A stretch of 64,000 nt of DNA from a virus: positions 19,253-83,252 of IMG/VR virus record IMGVR_UViG_3300003702_000496; one strand, given 5' to 3'. The notes beneath the pieces were generated by a model. It was given only the letters and a program-made list of their open reading frames with translations. It had not been told where the DNA came from and ran no database searches. Position numbers and translations under genes: made by a program. Positions 1 to 8,197 of this stretch are shown here, in pieces (within the stretch, counting starts at the first letter, position 1; the number at the start of each line of letters is the position of its first letter).

Positions 1-1192
1 TACTTGGTGCTGTATGCGTCATAGCGCCTGCCGTTTCTGATAGATAAAGAGTAGACCCCGCAGTCCATGCCCAAGTATCGTCACGAATAAAACCGTGAAG
101 CAATATTGTTCCCGTCGCTGTATCGCTAATTGCGGCAGGCGCAATGCCTATTACTCTAGCAGTAGCATATGCACTCGCATCTGCCTCAACCACCTCTTGT
201 GTGACCGTGTGAACGCAAACCAAATCAAACGCTGATATTGCCCCACCAGCCAACATTTGCGCTGATAGTCCTGTATAGGTATGGTCTGCTCCTGCGAGCA
301 ACGGGGTTGACATGTCAATAGTGCTTGCATCTGAAAGACGCAAGATTGACGTTCCTGTAGGAATTTGAAAAACAGTTGTATCCGCATCGTTCTTAACGGT
401 TACATCATTTGTTGAACCCTGCCCTGTGAGGATAAGACCTTCAGCGGCAGTATAGCCCATCGTCGCATTGTCGCCAGCCGACGTATCCCCGTCTGCATTT
501 ACGGTAGAAGCTGTTACATCCCCAACAATATCAACATTGGTAGTTCCTGTCGCTACCGTTAAAACATCCGCATCTGCGTCGTTTTTAATAGTTACGTCAT
601 TGGTGGAGCCTTGACCAGTGAGGATCAGTCCTTCGGCAGCGGTATAGCCTATCGCAGAATTATCCCCCGCGGCCGTATCTCCAGCAGGCTCCACTGTACC
701 TGTAGCAGTAACATTCCCAGTTACAGCCATTGCTGTTGCTTCAATAAAAGTTTTAATACGAGATGCAGCAGTTTTTCTATTAGTACCGCCAGCTCCATCA
801 TCTACAATAAACAAGTCAGCGGCAACAACAGCAGCACCAATATCGGTTCCACCATCAATGTCTAAATCATCAATATCACCATCATATGTAGAAGCGGCAT
901 AAGTTTTAAGACGAGAAGCAGTAACCTTTCTATTAGTTCCACCAGCACCATCATCAATAATGAATAGATCAGCGTCAACAATAGCAGCACCTATATCTGT
1001 GCCACCATCAATATCTAATTCGGCAATAGCGACAGTTCCATCTGCTAAAGCTGTAGTTCCTGTAACATTTAATGCTCCAGCAACCGTTAATGTCACACCA
1101 CTTGGAACAGTAAAAGTATCACCAGAATCCCCAATGGTCGTCTCATTTCCGACGCCGGCCGGTGAGATTTTATCTACTTTTAATTCACTCAT
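1..1192 (-). CDS. Tail fibre / virion structural protein, runs off the left edge (missing from ORF track)
   Basis: Hand translation from ATG at 1192: MSELKVDKISPAGVGNETTIGDSGDTFTVPSG..., two LDIDGGTDIGAA..DDGAGGTNRK repeats and two GYTAAEGLILTGQGSTNDVT repeats; N-terminus nearly identical to ORF 6609-7517; open to base 1. Confidence 0.8.
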   Translation of the reverse strand, partial: MSELKVDKISPAGVGNETTIGDSGDTFTVPSGVTLTVAGALNVTGTTALADGTVAIAELDIDGGTDIGAAIVDADLFIIDDGAGGTNRKVTASRLKTYAASTYDGDIDDLDIDGGTDIGAAVVAADLFIVDDGAGGTNRKTAASRIKTFIEATAMAVTGNVTATGTVEPAGDTAAGDNSAIGYTAAEGLILTGQGSTNDVTIKNDADADVLTVATGTTNVDIVGDVTASTVNADGDTSAGDNATMGYTAAEGLILTGQGSTNDVTVKNDADTTVFQIPTGTSILRLSDASTIDMSTPLLAGADHTYTGLSAQMLAGGAISAFDLVCVHTVTQEVVEADASAYATARVIGIAPAAISDTATGTILLHGFIRDDTWAWTAGSTLYLSETAGAMTHTAPS

Positions 1193-1229
1193 GGTTTAAT
1201 ATCTCCTATTTACTATTTATTACCAACGA

Positions 1230-1649
1230 TTAGTCCCATAGGTCTTTTCCCGGAGGAGGTGCCGTTGGCCAAATTATGTCAGTGTCGTCTTCAGCGTTTC
1301 CGGCTGCATTTAAACAGTCTGGATAACCCGCCGGAATATCGCGCAGCGCTTGGCGGTAAACGGCCCACTCCGTTTTCTTTTCTTCGCTTAATTTAGCGTC
1401 TATATTCTGCGTCCAATCAGAACTGACCAATTTACGATTTCGCAGAATACGAACTTGGTCATTAGTGTATACGATGGGCGCTGGAGCGCTAAAGTTTGAC
1501 CCATCCCAATCAAAGCCAAAAGCGGCCGCGTTGCTTGGGTCTTGCACCATTGTTGCGACTAATTCAGCAGTGAACATCTCATTGATGTCTTGATCTCCAG
1601 CATCAATAACTTCCATTACCTTGTTATCTTCTATTCTAGCGTAGCGCAT
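1230..1649 (-). CDS. Tail fibre assembly chaperone
   Basis: RxxRNxxLxxSDWTQ...W..YRQALRDIP motif; directly downstream of a fibre gene. Confidence 0.8.
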   Translation of the reverse strand: MRYARIEDNKVMEVIDAGDQDINEMFTAELVATMVQDPSNAAAFGFDWDGSNFSAPAPIVYTNDQVRILRNRKLVSSDWTQNIDAKLSEEKKTEWAVYRQALRDIPAGYPDCLNAAGNAEDDTDIIWPTAPPPGKDLWD

Positions 1650-3061
1650 TATGCGTACTCCTCTACAACGACAACCCCGTAGCCACCGCCATACGGCGTG
1701 TTGGCGATGTAGCCGCCCTCGCCGCAGCCAACAACTCTATGATTTGCCGTGCTGTTAGTGGCGCCACTGCTTTCATGCTTGCCTTGCATTCCGCCGCCCC
1801 AATATGTTGAACCTCCTGTGCCGCCGTAATCGCCACCTGACAAGCCTTGTTGACCTGTTCCTCCACCTTGGCCAGGGACGTTGATATCCCCACTCGACCC
1901 CTGACCCCCAATCCCAGGATATGCGTCACCGACATGACCGTGGGGGCCGCCGCCAGTTCCGCCCGTCGCAGAACAGTGACTGCCGAAACTAGTGGTTCCG
2001 CCAGCACTAGCTTGGTTGCTAGTCACTTGGGTTCCGCCGTTTCCAATTGTGACGCTAACTGAAGAAATAGAAGTGACATCTATTTTCTTGATTGCGGTCC
2101 CGCCACCACCGCCGCCACCGCCCCAATAGTAGCCGCCGCCACCGCCGGCACCAGTGACGTACACTATAATTTTCGTGATGCCGGATGGCTTAGTCCAAGT
2201 CCCAGTTGAAGAGAGGTATTGACAGCTTTGAAATCCACCACCACCACCAGTCTCAAACGCTGGAGGACTACCAGCACCAGTACTGGTTAAAACTTGGCCG
2301 TCAGTGCCAGTAGCAATTGCTACTGGATTGCCAGAAGCATCATAACTAATTATATTTCCATCAGTTCCAGAGGCCATCTTAGCTAAAGTTACTGCATCAT
2401 CAGCTATATGCGCCGTGTCAATTGAACCATCTACATAATGTTCTGAATCTATTTGATCATCAACTATCTTAGCGCCTATAATCGCATTCGCTGCTATCTT
2501 GGCTGTTGTTACCTGTAAATCTCCAAGGTGTGCTGTATCAATTGAACCATCTACATACATATCACTATCAATAGAATTATCAGCTAAAATAAATGTTTTA
2601 AGTCTTGAAGCCGCTGTCTTTCTATTAGTTCCACCGGCACCATCATCTACAATGAATAGATCAACGTCAACAATGGCAGCACCAATATCTGTTCCGCCAT
2701 CAATATCTATAGAAGAAAGAGTAGTGCCGCCGCCGGCGTTGATATAAGTTTTAAGTCTTGCAGCTGTTGTTTTTCTATTAGTACCACCGGCGCCATCATC
2801 AACAATCAACAAATCTGCATCAACGATATCAGCACCTATGTCTGTACCACCATCTATGTCTAATGTTGTTAATGGCGTAGTTCCAGCAGTCAACCCTGTA
2901 CCAGCACCAGTAAAGCTGGTTGCAGTAAATACACCTGTAGAACTTAATGATGCAGTTTCAGTTGCCGCGGCACTTGTTACAGTTTTAAAACTTAATGAAG
3001 AATCTGAAACAGCAGATATACCTAGACCATTACCTAGGAAAGTGGTTATAAGTTTTGACAT
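1649..3061 (-). CDS. Tail fibre protein with glycine-rich C-terminal domain
   Basis: DGGTDIG repeats, YVDGSIDTAH repeats, C-terminal TWTKPSGITKIIVYVTGAGGGG glycine-rich domain. Confidence 0.75.
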   Translation of the reverse strand: MSKLITTFLGNGLGISAVSDSSLSFKTVTSAAATETASLSSTGVFTATSFTGAGTGLTAGTTPLTTLDIDGGTDIGADIVDADLLIVDDGAGGTNRKTTAARLKTYINAGGGTTLSSIDIDGGTDIGAAIVDVDLFIVDDGAGGTNRKTAASRLKTFILADNSIDSDMYVDGSIDTAHLGDLQVTTAKIAANAIIGAKIVDDQIDSEHYVDGSIDTAHIADDAVTLAKMASGTDGNIISYDASGNPVAIATGTDGQVLTSTGAGSPPAFETGGGGGFQSCQYLSSTGTWTKPSGITKIIVYVTGAGGGGGYYWGGGGGGGGTAIKKIDVTSISSVSVTIGNGGTQVTSNQASAGGTTSFGSHCSATGGTGGGPHGHVGDAYPGIGGQGSSGDINVPGQGGGTGQQGLSGGDYGGTGGSTYWGGGMQGKHESSGATNSTANHRVVGCGEGGYIANTPYGGGYGVVVVEEYA

Positions 3062-3105
3062 GTTACAAGCTCCTCTTGTCTATTTATGTTTAAAAAATTA
3101 GGCTT

Positions 3106-4296
3106 CTATAGCTCTAAAGCTGAATTAAATGGTTCCATACCAAAAACTTTTTCACAAGCATGACAGTCCCAACATCTATTTTTACAAGTCGAAAGTATCT
3201 TGCTTAAACCTCTACCCTTCGGAGTAGCCCAGATTAATTCTATATCTTCTTGGGCATGTTGGTTCTTCGTTATATTATTTATATAGGTCCACCCCATAGG
3301 AAGCCATCGGTCCACAATATAAGGAGCTAATTCCTTCTCATAAATTTCTTCAAAACAATCAGCAAACTCAAATTCTTTTGGACTCATATCATGGGCCCCC
3401 AATACTCCAACTTTCTTACTCGCCGCGCCTGACCAACACATACGAATATTCTTCATTTCTACTGAAGGAGAAATTCTTCCACTGAATTTCATAACATCTG
3501 TATTAGTCATAAATAAATCAACAAGTTCCTTTGTTGCCATTGACATATCAGTACCTAATCTTGGTAATCTCCCCCCAACACCTCTCCATTTCGTGCATGT
3601 CTGACTAAAGGTTTGCCAATAATTAGAGTCAGATTTCTGTAATTCCTCCTGCCAAGAATCATGTTCTCTTTTGAAAGGACAACTAGGCAAACAGCTCTCA
3701 CTGGCAAGCAGAGAAACTTCACAACCTATTTTCTTGGCTTCCCGATACATCTCCTTTAGTAGATCGGAGTCTCTATTCAAAGAACGATCAAAAAGAATCG
3801 TGTTGTATCCTAATGCTGCGTAATCATAAACTTCCTGCGTTGTCTTGACTTGGTGATTAACCGTATTCTTCCACAACATTTCTGGGAACTCTGATTGCAG
3901 AACACCTAACTTCATAAGATGAGTGTTACTAATCGTACAACTTCTCACCCCAAGGTCATAATACACTTTTATATAATCAACAAATTGCTGAGTGACATCA
4001 GGGTCAGAAGCAATTTCACGCGGAATGTTCAACGAATTAACAGTTAAAGAACATTCAATCCCACAGTCATCCTGTAATCTAAGTAATTGTTCAAACTGTT
4101 TTTGAGTGGCGGCGACGCCCATAATCTCTCCGTATCGTTTATCTTCTCCTTTATAGTTATATATAAATTCAGAACCAAAATAGATATCCCGTATTTCTTT
4201 TTTATATTCAGGCGCAGAAGACTTAAACGCATTATAAAAATCTTCATGATTGGGATGGTTATCCCAATGCGCCAAGGAAAATCTTTTTTCAAACAT
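3106..4296 (-). CDS. Peptidase U32-like (probable Fe-S) protein
   Basis: LFDRSLNRD, SESCLPSCPFKREH, KFSGR and C-terminal CKNRCWDCHAC resemble U32-family motifs. Confidence 0.6.
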   Translation of the reverse strand: MFEKRFSLAHWDNHPNHEDFYNAFKSSAPEYKKEIRDIYFGSEFIYNYKGEDKRYGEIMGVAATQKQFEQLLRLQDDCGIECSLTVNSLNIPREIASDPDVTQQFVDYIKVYYDLGVRSCTISNTHLMKLGVLQSEFPEMLWKNTVNHQVKTTQEVYDYAALGYNTILFDRSLNRDSDLLKEMYREAKKIGCEVSLLASESCLPSCPFKREHDSWQEELQKSDSNYWQTFSQTCTKWRGVGGRLPRLGTDMSMATKELVDLFMTNTDVMKFSGRISPSVEMKNIRMCWSGAASKKVGVLGAHDMSPKEFEFADCFEEIYEKELAPYIVDRWLPMGWTYINNITKNQHAQEDIELIWATPKGRGLSKILSTCKNRCWDCHACEKVFGMEPFNSALEL

Positions 4297-5341
4297 GAGC
4301 CAACTCCAATAACGGTTTCAAATGCGTCTTATATGGAAGCCATTCTGAAGTCTTACGTTTATAAATAGGAGTTTTTACTTGAGATTTAGACGCCGTATTT
4401 ACTTCACGATTATTTAGGTGAGGAGTAAAACACAAATCCTCAACGGGTATTTCCAGATACTCAAATAAACTGTTTATTGTAGATCGGGAATCTGACACAA
4501 GTTTTTTATGATGCATAATATAAATACTATCTGGATATATTTTTTCCCAGTATTTTATTAAGTCAATGTGTCTGTTATAAAAATTACCTATATCAACTAA
4601 ACTATAAGAAAACTCATTACCAGTTTCTTCCCAATCTTGTTTATAAATAGACCAACAAACATCCATAAAATTTCTTTTACAAAAAACAATCTTGGCCTCT
4701 GGTAAACATGATTTTATAAACCCAATCCACCGAAAGTTTAACGGCATTTTGTCGGTAATATAACGATTACCTTTTGTTAATAATTTTATCTTCAAAAGAT
4801 AATTACTTCGTATCGTCTTTAATACATCATGAATCTGTTCACGGCGGTTTATAATTATCGCCTCTTTATCAAACACTAGGGATGTAATTTTCAAAACTTC
4901 TTGTTCAAGAAAAGACAATTCACCACAACCTGTAACTTTAGAATGACCACAAATAATTTGTTCTGTTATAGAAGTACCAGAACGAGGCATACCTACTATA
5001 AAGATGGGAACTATTTGATTATTATCTTGGTAATCTGAAACATCTATCGGAAAAGAATTTTTTAGTTTTCTTACAACTTCAACATCTATTCTATCTATGA
5101 TTTCAAGAGGAAAAGTCGCTCGTCGTAATTTATTAGCTTTGTCCAGACAAGAGAAAGCCAGATCGAAGCTTCCATATTTGTCATAGTATTTAAATTTAGT
5201 ACGCCATTCATGGATATCCATCTCTAAATTGACGTTGACATCCATGATGTTGTCCCATACTTCGTCGGTGAAAGCCTTATCGAAGTTTCCATATTTGTCA
5301 TAGTATTTAAATTTAGTACGCCCTTCATGGATATTCATCAC
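4289..5341 (-). CDS. Sulfotransferase (Sulfotransfer_3-type)
   Basis: PIFIVGMPRSGTS PAPS-binding loop, TDKMPLNF, RNFMDVCWS, TASKSQVKTPIY. Confidence 0.9.
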   Translation of the reverse strand: MMNIHEGRTKFKYYDKYGNFDKAFTDEVWDNIMDVNVNLEMDIHEWRTKFKYYDKYGSFDLAFSCLDKANKLRRATFPLEIIDRIDVEVVRKLKNSFPIDVSDYQDNNQIVPIFIVGMPRSGTSITEQIICGHSKVTGCGELSFLEQEVLKITSLVFDKEAIIINRREQIHDVLKTIRSNYLLKIKLLTKGNRYITDKMPLNFRWIGFIKSCLPEAKIVFCKRNFMDVCWSIYKQDWEETGNEFSYSLVDIGNFYNRHIDLIKYWEKIYPDSIYIMHHKKLVSDSRSTINSLFEYLEIPVEDLCFTPHLNNREVNTASKSQVKTPIYKRKTSEWLPYKTHLKPLLELAHV

Positions 5342-5367
5342 TAAACCCTAAACCCCAATAGGTTTAT

Positions 5368-5754
5368 TCAAAGGCCTTCAACGGGAGGGTCAGGATCATT
5401 AACTTTAGGTACTTCATTTTTTACCGCTGTAATTTTATCCTTCCATTCTGTTGTTCCATTAATCTGATCCCAATACATCATATCCAACTGCGCCTGGATA
5501 CTACCATATTTACTCTCGCGACCTATCTCCATTGCTACTCGTAGGCCTTTAGGACTTTTGTTATATTCATATTCTTCACGATATATTTTGTAGTCATCAT
5601 CTTCTAAAATACGGTCGCCGTTTTGCACTACGGTGTCATCTGGTTTGCTAATCCATTTTAAATTGGGATGGACTTCAAATTCGCCATCGTCACCAACAAT
5701 ATCAACTATTATGCCAGGGTCATCACCTGTATCTGCCCAATATAAAATTTTCAT
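5368..5754 (-). CDS. Putative tail fibre chaperone
   Basis: R..KYGSI..QLDMMYWD...W...I.AVK..PK C-terminus; follows a fibre gene. Confidence 0.6.
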   Translation of the reverse strand: MKILYWADTGDDPGIIVDIVGDDGEFEVHPNLKWISKPDDTVVQNGDRILEDDDYKIYREEYEYNKSPKGLRVAMEIGRESKYGSIQAQLDMMYWDQINGTTEWKDKITAVKNEVPKVNDPDPPVEGL

Positions 5755-5766
5755 TTTTATTCTCCT

Positions 5767-6576
5767 TTACTTATACTCATACACAAGAACGCACCCACCG
5801 TGAATAAGGACCATCGCGCTATATCCGTTTGCAACTGCGCCGCCCGCAGCACCATAAGCACCTCCAGCATTGCGTACCGTGGTATTTGGTCCTGTTCTTG
5901 TTCCACCCATACCGCCACCAAAATAACTAGGAGCTCCTGCCGAGGAGTTATTGGATGTTCCTGTGTAATCACATTCACCAGCACCGCCGCGCATATTGAA
6001 ATGCCCGCCCGTGCCTATGCCTCCTATACCTCCATTCCCGGCCGATGACGCCTTCGATCCGCCTGTTGCAGAACAATGAGTACCAAAACTAGTAGTTTGA
6101 CCAACAGTATTAGCTGCTGGCGCGCCGGCCACAGTAACCGTCACACTGGATATATTAGTAACATCTATAAACCTTTCTGAATATCCACCTGCGCCGGGCC
6201 CTTCGCCGCCATTGCAATTACTAGCTCCTCCTCCAACTAATTTTACATGTACACTTTTTATTCCAGAAGGTTTTGTCCACGTTTGAGAAGATTGAGTTGT
6301 GCCGCTACTCACAAAAGTCTGCATAGACGCCATACCGCCGCCGGCCGCGGTGCTCATAGTTGGAGGCGCTCCAGCACCAGCCGAAGTTAATACTTGATCA
6401 GCGCTGCCAGTAGCAATTGCTACTGGATTGCCAGAAGCATCATAGCTAAGAATATTTCCATCAGTGCCAGAGGCCATCTTGGCTAAAGTTATTGCATTAT
6501 CAGCAATCGCTGCTGATGGTATCTCACCTGTTAATTGAGTGCCAAAATCATATTTTAATGAAGCATATGTTGCCAT
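5767..6576 (-). CDS. Short tail fibre-like protein, glycine-rich C-terminal domain
   Basis: TLAKMASGTDGNI.SYDASGNPVAIATG shared with 1649-3061; TWTKPSG glycine-rich domain. Confidence 0.7.
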   Translation of the reverse strand: MATYASLKYDFGTQLTGEIPSAAIADNAITLAKMASGTDGNILSYDASGNPVAIATGSADQVLTSAGAGAPPTMSTAAGGGMASMQTFVSSGTTQSSQTWTKPSGIKSVHVKLVGGGASNCNGGEGPGAGGYSERFIDVTNISSVTVTVAGAPAANTVGQTTSFGTHCSATGGSKASSAGNGGIGGIGTGGHFNMRGGAGECDYTGTSNNSSAGAPSYFGGGMGGTRTGPNTTVRNAGGAYGAAGGAVANGYSAMVLIHGGCVLVYEYK

Positions 6577-6608
6577 TTTCTTTACCCCTCCCTAGGGAGC
6601 CTCCCTAT

Positions 6609-7517
6609 TTATTTTTCTGTTAATAACCAGCCTTGAGTTGAATCTACATAAACTAATTCAAGTCCGGCTCGTTCTGTTGTAACTGTCATATCTGCACTTG
6701 CTCCAGCAATCTTTTCTGAATTTCTTCCAACTGTACAAGTATTGCTATCAAATGTTCCAGCATAATCAATTATACGAACATAATCTCCAATACTAGGAGA
6801 AGCTGGTAATGTCATTGTAAATGCTGAAGATGTTGTATTGACAAAATATCCATTTCCTGAAACCATTGTTGTTGCACCAGTTACGACTGCTTGCCATTGA
6901 ACACCGCCAGGATTATAAGTTTTTAATCTCGAAGCAGCAACTTTTCTATTGGTTCCCCCAGCACCATCATCTATAATAAACAAATCTGCATCTACAATAT
7001 CTGCACCAATATCTGTACCACCATCAATATTTAGATTGGCAATAGGAACTTCACCAGCAGCATCTTCGACATAAGTTTTAAGACGAGAAGCAGCTACCTT
7101 ACGGTTAGTTCCACCAGCACCATCATCAATAATCAACAAATCTGCATCAACGATAGCAGCACCAATATCAGTTCCACCATCAATATCTAGATTGACAAGA
7201 CTAAACGCACCAGCACTAGCACCAACATAAGTGGCAAATCTTCCTGCCGTTGTTTTCCTATTCGTTCCACCAGCACCATCATCAATGATCAATAAATCTG
7301 CATCAACAATTGCAGCACCAATATCAGTTCCACCGTCAATATCTAATTCGGCAATAGCGACAGTTCCATCTGCTAAAGCTGTAGTTCCTGTAACATTTAA
7401 TGCTCCAGCAACCGTTAATGTCGCACCACTTGGGACAGTAAAAGTATCACCAGAATCCCCAATGGTCGTCGCTGTTCCACTTGCGGGTGAGATTTTATTT
7501 ACTTTTAGTTCACTCAT
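6609..7517 (-). CDS. Tail fibre / virion structural protein
   Basis: Three DGGTDIG repeats; C-terminal GYFVNTTS..FTMTLPASPS.GD...DYAGTF..N..TVGRN domain common in phage fibres. Confidence 0.75.
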   Translation of the reverse strand: MSELKVNKISPASGTATTIGDSGDTFTVPSGATLTVAGALNVTGTTALADGTVAIAELDIDGGTDIGAAIVDADLLIIDDGAGGTNRKTTAGRFATYVGASAGAFSLVNLDIDGGTDIGAAIVDADLLIIDDGAGGTNRKVAASRLKTYVEDAAGEVPIANLNIDGGTDIGADIVDADLFIIDDGAGGTNRKVAASRLKTYNPGGVQWQAVVTGATTMVSGNGYFVNTTSSAFTMTLPASPSIGDYVRIIDYAGTFDSNTCTVGRNSEKIAGASADMTVTTERAGLELVYVDSTQGWLLTEK

Positions 7518-7538
7518 GGTTTACTATCTCCTATTTAC

Positions 7539-7546
7539 TATTTATA
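7539..7546 (-). promoter_or_regulatory. T4-type late promoter TATAAATA
   Basis: Exact TATAAATA about 20 nt upstream of ORF 6609-7517. Confidence 0.75.
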
Positions 7547-7560
7547 TAGCATAGTTATTT

Positions 7561-8154
7561 TTAAATTACTTCTAAATCGCCGGTCACATTAACGGTGCCG
7601 GTGACGGTCATACTATTTAGAACAGCTAAAAAGCCAGTCACAGTAACAGTAACTCCAGAACTAACAGTTAATGGGCCTGTTGCACTAGCGTTAGTTCCGC
7701 TTGCGATTGTGACATTGTTATCTAATGTTGCAGTATTTACCCTAAATACATCATCAAGTCCATCATCCGAATCGCCGCCGATTTCGCCAGCGCTCCTACC
7801 GAAAAAATAACCAGCACCACCACCGACATAAGTTTTAAGTCTTGCAACTGTTGTTTTTCTATTGGTGCCGCCAGCACCATCATCAATAATCAACAAATCT
7901 GCATCAACGATAGCAGCACCTATGTCTGTCCCACCATCTATGTCTAATGTTGTTAATGGCGTAGTTCCAGCAGTCAACCCTGTACCAGAACCACTGAAAG
8001 AAGTAGTTCCTGTAACAGTTAAATCACCTCCCACAGTTAAATCACCAGAAACAGTGTTTGGCGCAGTAATACCACTAACATCAGAAACCAAATTATTAAA
8101 TTGGATTCTAAATTCTTCTAAACTATTAGTTGGAAGGATTGAACTCGTTGCCAT
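7561..8154 (-). CDS. Virion structural / fibre-like protein
   Basis: TNSLEEFRIQFNNL N-terminus, one DGGTDIG repeat, beta-rich C-terminus. Confidence 0.65.
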   Translation of the reverse strand: MATSSILPTNSLEEFRIQFNNLVSDVSGITAPNTVSGDLTVGGDLTVTGTTSFSGSGTGLTAGTTPLTTLDIDGGTDIGAAIVDADLLIIDDGAGGTNRKTTVARLKTYVGGGAGYFFGRSAGEIGGDSDDGLDDVFRVNTATLDNNVTIASGTNASATGPLTVSSGVTVTVTGFLAVLNSMTVTGTVNVTGDLEVI

Positions 8155-8173
8155 TTTTAATTCCTTATTATTC

Positions 8174-8181
8174 TATTTATA
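8174..8181 (-). promoter_or_regulatory. T4-type late promoter TATAAATA
   Basis: Exact motif upstream of ORF 7561-8154. Confidence 0.75.
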
Positions 8182-8197
8182 ACGTATTATACATCAT

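Noticed and set aside
1-8154. Diversity-generating retroelement or invertase shufflon acting on fibres
   Set aside because: No reverse transcriptase or recombinase in the window; repeat differences are not adenine-specific and repeats are direct and in-frame
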